From Gemmatimonadota bacterium (GTDB lineage Bacteria; Gemmatimonadota; Gemmatimonadetes; Palauibacterales; Palauibacteraceae), in contig JAGWBR010000002.1 in the NCBI GenBank assembly GCA_021295785.1, positions 130,844 to 194,843 of the forward strand: a stretch of DNA of 64,000 nucleotides, in the 5' to 3' direction. Positions 47,659 through 56,793 of this stretch are shown in pieces (position 1 is the first letter of the stretch; each line of letters starts with the position of its first letter). The notes under the pieces were generated by a model. That model had not been told where the DNA came from. It saw only the letters and a list, made by a program, of their open reading frames with translations, and searched no databases. The translations under genes and the position numbers were made by a program.

Positions 47659-48974
47659 ACGTTCTGTTCGTTTGCACGGGGAACACGTGCCGCAGCCCGC
47701 TTGCGGAGGCCACGGCGAAACACCAGGCAGCCCGGCGCGGGCTAAAGGGCATCTTCTTCCGGTCGGCCGGAGTGTTTGCCGCTGACGGCTTTCCGGCCTC
47801 GGGCACGGGGCGGGCAGCAGCCGCCCTGAGGGGGCTCGATCTGGACGAACACGGGGCCCGGCAACTCACCCCCGAGATCTGCCGGTGGGCCGACCGGGTA
47901 GTCACCATGGGCAGCGGGCATGCCGACCAGGTCAGGGCCATGGCCCCGGATGCCACGGTGGCGGTAATCACCGAATACCTGCCCGGCGGGCACCCACGGG
48001 CCGGCCGCGGAGTCCCCGACCCCTTCGGCGGGAATCTGGGACAGTACGTGGAGACCCTCGATCTTGTGGAGACGGCCGCCGGTGGCCTGCTGGACGATTT
48101 GTTCGGCGCGCGCGCGGCTCGTTACGTACTGCTTGGCGATCCTGTTGAGCACTCCGTCTCGCCCGAGATGCACGAAGCGGTTTTCAGGGCGTGGGGGCTC
48201 GATGCCACCTTCGAATCGGTCCGAGTTTCGGCAAGGGCCGCGTCGGAGGCGATGCGGGACTCCCGCCTTCGGGGCGGCAATGTCACGCTACCACATAAGA
48301 AACGGGCCGCGGAAGTGCTGGACCACGCGTCGGAAGCGGTTCGCGCTACCGGCGTGTGCAACTGCTGGCGTCGGTCTTCCGCCGGGCTGCTTTACGGCGA
48401 AAACACGGACGTGGGCGGACTGAGGCGGGCGCTTGAGGACGCCGGATTCGGGGCGCCGGGGCAGCGGGTGCTCCTGTTGGGTGCGGGAGGTGCGGCCCGC
48501 GCTGCCCTGGAAACGCTCGTCCAGATGGAGTCGGCCAGCGTGGATGTCTTGAACCGCACGCCCGAGCGGGCCAGGGCCATGGTGAACGCAGCGCGGGCCG
48601 CCCGCGCCGCGCCGGCCGGGCCAGACGTTCGAGTCATTGAATCCGCCGCCGCCTCCCCCGGATGGGATCTGGCGGTGAATGCGACGAGCCTGGGACTGTC
48701 GAAAAACGACCCGCTCCCCCTGGACCCCGCAGCGGTCAAGGTGGGATCGGTCTACGATCTGGTGTACGCGCCGGGCGCAACGGCGCTCGTTCGGCGGGCA
48801 GTGCAAATGGGCATACCCGCGCGGGACGGAGTTGGGATGCTCGTTTCGCAAGCCGTGCTCTCGCTCCGGTTTTGGATGCCCGGCCGCGAGCCACCCAGAG
48901 CAGTCATGCAGCAGTCGGCGACGCGGGCTCTCGCGGCCCGCGCCGCACGCCGCGCCCGGGCAGGCCGGGGTTGA
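47655..48974 (+). CDS. aroE: fusion protein: low-molecular-weight phosphatase (Tyr/Arg phosphatase fold) + shikimate dehydrogenase
   Basis: Residues 1-~150: VLFVCTGNTCRSPLAEA (CX5R P-loop) and VPDPFGG. Remainder: GDPVEHSVSPEMHEAVF, GGNVTLPHKKRA, NTDVGG, LLLGAGGAARA. Single uninterrupted ORF, GTGA-coupled to tsaC. Confidence 0.88.
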   Translation: MNVLFVCTGNTCRSPLAEATAKHQAARRGLKGIFFRSAGVFAADGFPASGTGRAAAALRGLDLDEHGARQLTPEICRWADRVVTMGSGHADQVRAMAPDATVAVITEYLPGGHPRAGRGVPDPFGGNLGQYVETLDLVETAAGGLLDDLFGARAARYVLLGDPVEHSVSPEMHEAVFRAWGLDATFESVRVSARAASEAMRDSRLRGGNVTLPHKKRAAEVLDHASEAVRATGVCNCWRRSSAGLLYGENTDVGGLRRALEDAGFGAPGQRVLLLGAGGAARAALETLVQMESASVDVLNRTPERARAMVNAARAARAAPAGPDVRVIESAAASPGWDLAVNATSLGLSKNDPLPLDPAAVKVGSVYDLVYAPGATALVRRAVQMGIPARDGVGMLVSQAVLSLRFWMPGREPPRAVMQQSATRALAARAARRARAGRG

Positions 48975-49775
48975 TCCCGCCGGCGGTCGCAAGGCTGGCC
49001 AGGAGCGCGGGCCGTTTCCTTGCTCAGCTGGCACCGCCGCCGTGCGTCTCTTGCCAGCGCGGAGTGGACGCAGGCTCTCCGCCCCTCTGCTCGCGATGCC
49101 GCGGCAGCTTTCCGCTGCTGGCCGAACCGCGCTGCCCTCGGTGCGCCGAGCCGACGGGCGGTGTCGGCAGTCCCGACGGGGGCGCATACGACAGGTCTGC
49201 CCCGACGGCCCGCTGCGGGATCTGCGAAGACTGGCCCGGGCCGGTGGTCGCCACCGACGCCCCGTTCGAGTTTACGGGTGCCGCGGCGGCGGCGGTGCGG
49301 GCCCTGAAGTACCGGCGCCGGCGGGCGCTGGCGTCAACCATGGGCCGGGCCATGGTTTCCTCTGCGGGAAGGGTGGCAAACCGATTGGCGTCCGCGACGG
49401 GACGCGGTGCGCGACCGATTCTGGTGCCGGTTCCGCTGTCGCGGGCGAGGCTCCGCGAGCGGGGTTTCAACCAGGCGCACGACCTGGCCCGGGTCCTCGA
49501 AGAGGCGGGTGCGGGCGAGCTGCGAGACATCTTGTGGCGCGGCGCCGGCGCGGCCCGACAGGCCGCCGCCGGCTGAAAACGTCAGCGGCGGGTTTTGGGC
49601 CAAGGCAGGCCCGGCCCGCGGCCACGAAACCCGTCCCGTCCTCATCGTGGACGATGTGCTGACCACCGGCGCAACCATCAACGCCTGTGCATGCGCCCTG
49701 GCCGAATCTGGATTCAAATGCGTCGGAGCGGTTAGCTTTGCGAGGACCCTCCGGCCCCTTGGCAAACGGCAATAA
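48971..49775 (+). pseudogene. comF: ComF-family phosphoribosyltransferase-like protein, reading frame broken near 49565-49578
   Basis: Frame 2: zinc-finger-like CVSCQ..CSRCR..CPRCAEP and PVPLSRARLRERGFNQAHDLA, stopping at 49574-76. Frame 3 continues AENVSGGF...VLIVDDVLTTGAT to 49775. The junction is at a GCCGCCGCCGG run. Confidence 0.75.
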
Positions 49776-49806
49776 GACTGCTCACCCCAACCCCCTTTTT
49801 GAGCCC

Positions 49807-50823
49807 ATGACCGTAAGAGTTGGCATCAACGGTTTCGGCCGTATCGGCAGAAACATCCTCCGCTCCTGGTTGCAGTCGGGGCGGACCGACGTGGAATTCG
49901 TTGCGGTCAACGACCTGACCGACGCGGCAACCCTGGCCCACCTTCTTTCATACGATTCGGTGCACGGCCGTCTTCCGGCCGGCGCCAGGGCCGAGAACGG
50001 CATGATCCGGGCCGGCGGGCGTGACATTCGGGTGCTCTCCGAACCCAGCCCCAGGAAACTGCCCTGGGGGGATTTGGGCGCGGACATCGTCATCGAATCG
50101 ACAGGCAGGTTCCGCGGTCGAGAGGCGGCGGCGGGGCACTTGGCGGGAGGCGCCTCCAAGGTCATTATCAGCGCTCCCGGCGTTGATCCTGACTGCACCG
50201 TGGTGCTTGGAGTGAACGAAGGCGATTACGACCCGTCCCGCCATGACATCGTGTCGAACGCCAGTTGCACCACCAACTGCATCTCGCCGGTGGTCAAGGT
50301 CATCATGGACTCGTTCGGGTTCGAGCGCGGTCTGATGACCACGGTGCACGCCTACACAAACGGCCAGCGCCTGCTCGACCTTCCCCACAAGGACCTCCGC
50401 CGCTCGCGTGCCGCCGCGCTTTCGATCATACCGACTTCCACCGGTGCCGCGCGGGCCGTCGGATTGGTGCTGCCGGAAACCGTCGGCAAGCTGGACGGCA
50501 TGGCCATGAGGGTTCCGACACCGGATGTCTCGACCGTGGACCTGGTGGCGGAGACCTCGCGAGATGTGACGGTGAAAGAGGTGAACGCCGCGCTCCGGGC
50601 TGCCGCCGAAGGACCTTTGTCGGGTATTCTGGAGTACTGCGATACACCTTTGGTGTCTGTCGATTTCACCGGCAATCCCGCCAGTTCGATTGTCGACAGC
50701 GAATACACCGCGGTCATGGGGAACAGTCTGGTGAAGATCGTTACGTGGTACGACAACGAGTGGGGATACTCCAACCGGTGCGTGGATCTGGCCGCGTATA
50801 TCGGAGGCAGGCTGCAGGGGTGA
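49807..50823 (+). CDS. gap: glyceraldehyde-3-phosphate dehydrogenase
   Basis: INGFGRIGR, ASCTTNC, WYDNEWGYS. Confidence 0.96.
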   Translation: MTVRVGINGFGRIGRNILRSWLQSGRTDVEFVAVNDLTDAATLAHLLSYDSVHGRLPAGARAENGMIRAGGRDIRVLSEPSPRKLPWGDLGADIVIESTGRFRGREAAAGHLAGGASKVIISAPGVDPDCTVVLGVNEGDYDPSRHDIVSNASCTTNCISPVVKVIMDSFGFERGLMTTVHAYTNGQRLLDLPHKDLRRSRAAALSIIPTSTGAARAVGLVLPETVGKLDGMAMRVPTPDVSTVDLVAETSRDVTVKEVNAALRAAAEGPLSGILEYCDTPLVSVDFTGNPASSIVDSEYTAVMGNSLVKIVTWYDNEWGYSNRCVDLAAYIGGRLQG

Positions 50824-52088
50824 TTCCCTCGCTGGGGTGCCTGCCGGACGACCTGCAGGGGAAACGCGCCCTGGTCAGGGTGGACTTCAACATCCCCCGG
50901 TCCGGGGCTGATGTCGGTGACACCACTCGGATCGAGCGGACCATCCCCACCATCCGCTGGCTACTCGACCGGGGGGCGAGGCCAATCCTCTTGTCGCACC
51001 TGGGGCGGCCCCGCGGATTCCCCGACCCGGTCCACTCGCTGGCGGGGGTGGCGGGGACCCTGGCGAGCATGTCCGGTCTGCCAGTGCGGTTCGTGGCCCC
51101 CTGCGACGGACCAGAAGCGCTGGAGGCCAGCCACGATCTGGAACCGGGCCGGGTGATGCTGCTTGAGAACACCCGTTTCAGTCGCGGCGAAACCGAGAAC
51201 AGTCCCACCATGGTGCGTCGCCTCGCCCAACTGGGCGAATTCCTGGTCCTGGACGCGTTCGGAAGCCTCCACCGGGAGCACGCCTCCACTGCAGGCCTGG
51301 CCTCCACGATGCGCCCGGCCGTTGTGGGACTCCTGGTCCAGCGCGAACTAGAGGCGCTGAGGAGCCTTGACGAACCGCCGTTGCCGTTCGTGGTGGCGTT
51401 CGGAGGAGCCAAGGCGGCCGACAAGATCATGTTGCTGGAGTCCTTGATTGACCGGGCCGACCGCCTGCTTCTGGGGGGAATCGTTGCGAACACGTTTCTC
51501 CGCGCAGCCGGTCTCGAAACTGGCGGATCAGTTGTTTCCGAGAGCGAAATCCCGCGCGCGCGGGACCTGCTGCAAAAAGCGGGGGACAAGATCTCGTTGC
51601 CGGTGGACCTCATCGTTGCGTCCCCGCTGGCGGTGAGGAACCGTCCCGCCGACGAGCTGTACGGGGGCAAGAGGAAGCCAGAAAAAGAAAAAGTCCGGCC
51701 GCGGACGGTTCTCTGCGCGGAGGGCGTTCCCGACGACTTGGCGGCGTTCGACATTGGAGCCCGCACCCGCCAGTTGTTTGGGGGCGAAATCCGCCAGGCC
51801 CGGTCGTTCTTCTGGAACGGACCGATGGGGATGTTCGAACGCAAGAAGTTTGCTTCGGGCACGCTGAGTGTAGCCCGCGCCGCTGCCGAAGCAACCAGGG
51901 ACAAGGCGCTCACCGTGATCGGCGGTGGTGATTCCGCTGCCGCGGTCCAGCTGGCGGGCCTGGCGTCCGCGGTATCGCACGTTTCTACGGGCGGCGGTGC
52001 CAGCATGGAGCTGATCGCCGGGAGTACGCTGCCCGGTCTGGCACCCCTCGCCGAACAAGAACTGCGCGACGGAAAGCTGACCTGGTGA
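50820..52088 (+). CDS. pgk: phosphoglycerate kinase
   Basis: RVDFNIP, SHLGRP, FWNGPMGMFE, GGGDS. GTGA overlap with gap. Basic ~20-aa insertion (YGGKRKPEKEKVRPR). Confidence 0.94.
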   Translation: MIPSLGCLPDDLQGKRALVRVDFNIPRSGADVGDTTRIERTIPTIRWLLDRGARPILLSHLGRPRGFPDPVHSLAGVAGTLASMSGLPVRFVAPCDGPEALEASHDLEPGRVMLLENTRFSRGETENSPTMVRRLAQLGEFLVLDAFGSLHREHASTAGLASTMRPAVVGLLVQRELEALRSLDEPPLPFVVAFGGAKAADKIMLLESLIDRADRLLLGGIVANTFLRAAGLETGGSVVSESEIPRARDLLQKAGDKISLPVDLIVASPLAVRNRPADELYGGKRKPEKEKVRPRTVLCAEGVPDDLAAFDIGARTRQLFGGEIRQARSFFWNGPMGMFERKKFASGTLSVARAAAEATRDKALTVIGGGDSAAAVQLAGLASAVSHVSTGGGASMELIAGSTLPGLAPLAEQELRDGKLTW

Positions 52089-52885
52089 ACGAGGTTCACC
52101 GTCCCGTATTGGCGGCAAACTGGAAGATGCACAAGGGGCCGCGGGAGGCGGCCAGTTTCATGGAAGGTTTCCTCAACCTCCACCCCCCGGCACGCGGCGC
52201 CATCGTCGTGATTTTCCCCCCTTCGATCAGTCTTGTCGCGGCGCGACATGCGGCGTTGGCCCGGACCGATATTGAGTTTGGGGTCCAGAACGTTCACACC
52301 CGGGAGTCTGGTGCCCACACGGGTGCCGTGTCCGCTCCCATGGCGGCGGACGCCGGGGCCACCTGGGGTCTGGCGGGACATTCGGAGCGGCGGCACGAGT
52401 TCGGCGACACCGACGAAATGATCGGACGGCGCCTTGCCATGCTGGCGGACTCCGGGTTGCGGCCGGTGTTGTGCGTTGGAGAAACCTTGGAGGAACGCGA
52501 AAACGGGCAACTTGAGTCGACCATCCGGCGACAGGTGGAGGCGGCGCTCGGGCAGGTGCCCCAGTCGCGGCAGGAGTCAGTGCTGTACGCCTACGAGCCC
52601 GTGTGGGCGATTGGGACCGGGCTCGCCGCCTCGGAAACCGACGCGAGCGAGGCGCACGGTATTGTGCGCGACGCGGTGCGCGGCACGCTGAGGTCGGGCG
52701 GGGCTCCGAGCGGTTCCGCCGGTTCGGCCACTGGTGACGAACACATCACGGTGCTTTACGGCGGAAGCGCCGTCCCTTCCAACGCATCGGATCTGCTTGC
52801 GGCACCGGGAATCGACGGATTGCTGGTCGGCGGAGCCAGCCTCGAACCGGAGTCTTGGGCTGCGATCTGCGCCGCCCGGGGCTAG
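52085..52885 (+). CDS. tpiA: triosephosphate isomerase
   Basis: AANWKMH, GHSERR, YEPVWAIGTG, LYGGS. GTGA overlap with pgk. Confidence 0.94.
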   Translation: MNEVHRPVLAANWKMHKGPREAASFMEGFLNLHPPARGAIVVIFPPSISLVAARHAALARTDIEFGVQNVHTRESGAHTGAVSAPMAADAGATWGLAGHSERRHEFGDTDEMIGRRLAMLADSGLRPVLCVGETLEERENGQLESTIRRQVEAALGQVPQSRQESVLYAYEPVWAIGTGLAASETDASEAHGIVRDAVRGTLRSGGAPSGSAGSATGDEHITVLYGGSAVPSNASDLLAAPGIDGLLVGGASLEPESWAAICAARG

Positions 52886-52902
52886 ATTGCAAGGTTGAAT
52901 CC

Positions 52903-52930
52903 GGTACGGCGGTGTTCGGCCGTCCGTACC
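52903..52930 (+). terminator. bulged 10-bp hairpin between tpiA and secG, no U-tail
   Basis: GGTACGGCGG-tgttcgg-CCG(t)CCGTACC. Confidence 0.25.
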
Positions 52931-52965
52931 GCTTGCCACACCCACCCAATCCAACGAGTTCCGCG

Positions 52966-53409
52966 ATGTTCACATTCCTTCTGATCGTCATTACCCTTTT
53001 GGCGATCCTGTTGATCGTCATGGTCCTGCTTCAGGCAGGGAAGGGCGGCGGCCTTGCCGCCTCCTTCGGCGGCGCGTCTTCGTCCATGGATTCATTCATG
53101 GGGGGACGCCAGGCGGCCACGGCCCTGACCAAGGGGACGTGGATTGGGGGCAGTGCGTTCTTGGTATTGGCCCTGTCGCTGGCCGTGCTCTCGTCGCGAG
53201 GAACGGAGGTGCAGGAGTCGATTCTGCGCCAGAACCTGCCGACAGGCCAGACTCCCCCGTCGCTGGCGGATCTTGCAGCGCCCGCACTTGAGGCGCCCGC
53301 GGAGACAACCGCCGACGAGGCCGGGGATGAGTCAGCGCCGGCCGATGGCGGGAGTGGTGCTGGGGAGGGAACGGACCCCGAAGGCGCCTCGGACAACGGC
53401 GACAACTAG
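52966..53409 (+). CDS. secG: preprotein translocase subunit SecG with long acidic low-complexity tail
   Basis: MFTFLLIVITLLAILLIVMVLLQAGKGGGLAASFGG plus a second TM. gap-pgk-tpiA-secG order. Confidence 0.88.
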   Translation: MFTFLLIVITLLAILLIVMVLLQAGKGGGLAASFGGASSSMDSFMGGRQAATALTKGTWIGGSAFLVLALSLAVLSSRGTEVQESILRQNLPTGQTPPSLADLAAPALEAPAETTADEAGDESAPADGGSGAGEGTDPEGASDNGDN

Positions 53410-54011
53410 GCTGCGGGCGGTCGCCGTCCGGGCTTGAACGAACGGGGGGGTGCGTCGATGAAATCAACATATTCCCCCAGAACCTGGCGAGCCTTCAACC
53501 ACTCTGAGAAACCAGACGGCCTCAGTTCGCCGTCTCCCTTCCTGTCGGTGGCCGCCGCAACTGCCAGGTGGTCGGCGTATTCGTTCTTTGGAAGTCCGGA
53601 ATGCCCGGGCACCCTGCGCCATTCGACATGCTGACGGGCGGCCACCCGGCACAGGTGCCGCCAGAGTTCAAGGTTCTGGATCGGGCCACCCTTCCTGCGC
53701 CACCCGCGGCTTGCCCATCCGAAGACCCACTTGGTAATCCCGTCAACGAGATAGGCGCTGTCGCTGAAGAAAATCACCCGCTCGCCGTCTCTCCTCAGGT
53801 GCCCGAGCCCGAGGATGGCGGACCTGATGGCCATCCTGTTGTTGGTGGTATCGGCATCGAAACAGGAATAGTCCTTCCGCACGCACTCGCCGTCGAGAGT
53901 CCAGTATTCGATAAACCCGCCCGCTCCCCCGGGGCGCGCGCGGTCGCGGAATTGGTTTCCCAGACAAGATTCGTCGGCGTGAATCGCGACGATCCTAGAG
54001 GGATTTGACAT
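53406..54011 (-). CDS. rnhA: ribonuclease HI (with ~45-aa C-terminal extension)
   Basis: IHADESCLGN, TNNRMA, FFSDSAYLV, VPGHSGLPKNEYADHLA. Its stop overlaps the secG stop (CTAG). Confidence 0.9.
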   Translation of the reverse strand: MSNPSRIVAIHADESCLGNQFRDRARPGGAGGFIEYWTLDGECVRKDYSCFDADTTNNRMAIRSAILGLGHLRRDGERVIFFSDSAYLVDGITKWVFGWASRGWRRKGGPIQNLELWRHLCRVAARQHVEWRRVPGHSGLPKNEYADHLAVAAATDRKGDGELRPSGFSEWLKARQVLGEYVDFIDAPPRSFKPGRRPPAA

Positions 54012-54034
54012 TGGTTCGGACCTCAGATTCTGGT

Positions 54035-55183
54035 GTGATACAGCGTCCCGGCTACCTGCTTCTGGAGGACGGCCGCCGCTTCGACGGGACCTACATCGGC
54101 CGGGATGACCCCTCCTCGGGAGAGGCCGTGTTCACTACCGTGATGGCCGGTTACCACGAGGTGCTCACCGACCCTTCTTTCGCCCGCCAAATTGTGGTGA
54201 TGACGGCCCCCATGCAGGGTGTTTACGGCGTTCGCGACGCCGATGCCCAGGCGCGCAGGTCGTGGGTGTCGGGGTTTGTTGTGCGTCACCTGTCGACCTG
54301 CACCGGTTCCGGGCCGGCCGATGCGACCCTCCCCGAGTATTTGGCTGCCAGCGGAATTCCGACTCTAACGGGTGCCGACACCCGGGCAATCACTCGGCAC
54401 ATTCGGGATGCCGGGGCGACCCGGGCGGCAATTGCCCACGTGGGCGTGCCCGCCGCCACCGCGATGGAGCAGCTGACGTCGGAGCCGCCCATGCGGGGGC
54501 GCGATCTGGCCACCACCGTTTGCACGCAGACTGCCTTCGACTGGCCGCCCGCCGGATCCGGTGACGGCCCCCCACTGGAGACAGGACGAGGCCTCATCGT
54601 GTGCCTGGATTACGGGGTCAAACTCCGTAGCTTGGACCTGATAGCCCTGGCCGGGTACCGGGTTCGCGTAGTCCCCGGCACGGCGTCGGCCGAAGACGTT
54701 CGGCGGCTCAATCCGGAGGGAGTGTTCGTTTCCAACGGACCAGGTGACCCGGACGCGGTACCCGGAGCACCCGAGAAACTGCGCGCGATCAGCGAGGCTG
54801 GCATTCCCCTGTTTGGCATATGCCTGGGCCACCAGTTACTCGCCCGGGCGTTCGGTGCCAGCAACTTCAAACTGCCGTACGGTCACCGTGGCGGTAATCA
54901 CCCCGTTCTGGACCGGGCGTCGGGCACCGTAGAGATTACCTCCCAGAATCACGGGTTCGCCGTAGCCGCCGGAGGCGATTCGATCGCCGGGGCACCGGAA
55001 CTGGAAATAACCCACCACAACCTGAACGACGGCACGGTGGAGGGGTTCCGGCACCGCGAGTTGCCGGTGTTTGCCGTACAGTACCACCCCGAGGCGGCCC
55101 CCGGACCGCACGACAGCCGAATCGCGTTCGACTGGTTTGACAGCGTTCGGCAGGAAAGAGAGCGAAGCGAGGAATCGGTATGA
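54035..55183 (+). CDS. carA: carbamoyl-phosphate synthase small (glutaminase) subunit
   Basis: GYLLLEDG, GICLGHQLL, HRGGNHPV, VQYHPEA. Start GTG 54035 preferred; ORF-track TTG 54005 would overlap the divergent rnhA start. Confidence 0.9.
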   Translation: MIQRPGYLLLEDGRRFDGTYIGRDDPSSGEAVFTTVMAGYHEVLTDPSFARQIVVMTAPMQGVYGVRDADAQARRSWVSGFVVRHLSTCTGSGPADATLPEYLAASGIPTLTGADTRAITRHIRDAGATRAAIAHVGVPAATAMEQLTSEPPMRGRDLATTVCTQTAFDWPPAGSGDGPPLETGRGLIVCLDYGVKLRSLDLIALAGYRVRVVPGTASAEDVRRLNPEGVFVSNGPGDPDAVPGAPEKLRAISEAGIPLFGICLGHQLLARAFGASNFKLPYGHRGGNHPVLDRASGTVEITSQNHGFAVAAGGDSIAGAPELEITHHNLNDGTVEGFRHRELPVFAVQYHPEAAPGPHDSRIAFDWFDSVRQERERSEESV

Positions 55184-55476
55184 CGAAAGCAAATCTGGTG
55201 GACCAGGTCCACAGGGCCGTGGGTCCCGGCCTCAGCCGGCGGGAGTGCGGGTTCGTGATCAACGCGTTTCTTGAAGCCGTCAAGCAGGCCATGGTCCGCG
55301 GCGACAACATCGAAATTCGGGGATTTGCGACCTTCAAGGTTGAACAGCGCCAAGCTCGCAAGCGCCGGAATCCGCGGACTGGCGAGGCGGTTCACGTGCC
55401 CGCGCACCATGTTCCGGTCGTGCGGCCATCCAATCAGCTCAAGGACCAGGTGGCCCGGTCCCACGGCGCCGCTTAG
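55180..55476 (+). CDS. HU/IHF family DNA-binding protein
   Basis: MTKANLVDQV.., RGFATFKVEQRQARKRRNPRTGE (beta-arm). ATGA-coupled to carA. Confidence 0.88.
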   Translation: MTKANLVDQVHRAVGPGLSRRECGFVINAFLEAVKQAMVRGDNIEIRGFATFKVEQRQARKRRNPRTGEAVHVPAHHVPVVRPSNQLKDQVARSHGAA

Positions 55477-55495
55477 GAAACCCGGCCGCCCCACG

Positions 55496-56689
55496 CTAAC
55501 TGCCGGCGGCTGCCCGCCGGCTGAAGTGGTTGCGCAGGCGACCCAGCCCTTCCTCAAGCTCGTCGGGCTGCACCGCAAAGTTGAACCGCAGCCAACCCGG
55601 GGATCCGAATGACGCCCCCGGCACGGCAGCCACGTGGTCTTGGATCAGGAGATCTTCAGCCACCTGCATGCACGAGCGGGCGGCATCAGTGAGCTTTCCG
55701 TAGAAGTACAGCGCTCCGTCGGGATCGGGAACGTCGATGCCCGGCATGGATGCAAACGCCTCAATACCCGTTTGCCGAAGCCGGATCAGTTTTCGCAGCA
55801 TCGCGTCGATGAATTCCTCGCGCTCTTCGACATGGTTCAACACCTCAAACGCCGCACGCTGCGCCGGCAATACGGCTCCCGACGTGGTCTGCCCCTGGAG
55901 GTCGGACGCTTTCTTGACCAGCTCGCCCGGTCCGGCCGCGAACCCAATGCGGAACCCGGGCATGCAAAACGCTTTCGAGAACCCGTCGAATACCACGCAG
56001 CGCTCTCCCCGGGAGTCCGCGTCCAGCAGAGACGGGGCAGGGCGGTGGGAATAGGAAAGGCGGCGGTAGATTTCGTCGGAAAACAGCCAGATGCCGTGTA
56101 CGTCGCACCACCGGGCAAGTTGACTTATCAGTTCAAGGCCGGCCACCGCTCCGGTGGGGTTGCCGGGGGAATTCAGTATCAGGCACGCGGTGCGTTCGGT
56201 CCGGTGTTGCTCAAGCTGCTCCACCGTCGGCATGAATCCCGACTCGACGGTGGTTTCGACAATGACCGGCGATGCGCCCGCCAGGTCCGCCATCGCCGTG
56301 TACGTGGGCCAGTAGGGGGCGGGGATCATGACCTCATCGCCCGGCCCGAACAGCGCGTAGCAGCAGTTGAAAAGCGCTTGCTTGACTCCCGCCGAGACCA
56401 GGATACTGGCCGGCGCCACCTCCGACTCGGTTGTATCCGTCAGGTACCGGGCGACTGCGGAACGAAGGTCGGGGATGCCCGGCGTGGGCGGATACCCTGT
56501 CTCACCCAGACTCATGGCTCTGGCGAGCCCCGCGGCGGCGGCGCGCGGAGGGGCGTACTGGGGTTCGCCGGCCGACATGTCGACAACGGGGGCCCCGTCC
56601 CGCTTGAGTTGTTTGGCGCGGGCGGCCAGCGCGATGGTGGCCGAGGGTTCAAGGTTGGCTACGTTGCTTGAGAACTGCATTGATTGCAT
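55496..56689 (-). CDS. pyridoxal-phosphate-dependent aminotransferase, class I (aspartate aminotransferase-like)
   Basis: ATG at 56689 (MQSMQFSS; alternative 56680). SAGEPQYAPP, NSPGNPTG, PLP-lysine context FSKAFCMPGFRIG. Confidence 0.88.
   Translation of the reverse strand: MQSMQFSSNVANLEPSATIALAARAKQLKRDGAPVVDMSAGEPQYAPPRAAAAGLARAMSLGETGYPPTPGIPDLRSAVARYLTDTTESEVAPASILVSAGVKQALFNCCYALFGPGDEVMIPAPYWPTYTAMADLAGASPVIVETTVESGFMPTVEQLEQHRTERTACLILNSPGNPTGAVAGLELISQLARWCDVHGIWLFSDEIYRRLSYSHRPAPSLLDADSRGERCVVFDGFSKAFCMPGFRIGFAAGPGELVKKASDLQGQTTSGAVLPAQRAAFEVLNHVEEREEFIDAMLRKLIRLRQTGIEAFASMPGIDVPDPDGALYFYGKLTDAARSCMQVAEDLLIQDHVAAVPGASFGSPGWLRFNFAVQPDELEEGLGRLRNHFSRRAAAGS
55502..55521. terminator. 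perfect 8-bp palindromic hairpin at convergent gene ends (inside the last codons of the aminotransferase)
   Basis: GCCGGCGG-ctgc-CCGCCGGC. Confidence 0.3.
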
Positions 56690-56793
56690 GTGAGCGCGGG
56701 TCGGTTTGAAGAGGTTTCGCCGCGCGGTATCTTGCGAGGGGCAGGGCTTGTCCGCCGGCGAGCAGGTCGTCGCTGAAGTGGCCTGCCACATCA

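Noticed and set aside
56690-56793. Looked for a Moco riboswitch upstream of the moa genes. Also looked for THF, T-box, ykkC and fluoride motifs upstream of folD, the aaRS genes and the efflux locus.
   Set aside because: None of the conserved core strings I can recall is present, and the candidate intergenic regions are mostly too short.
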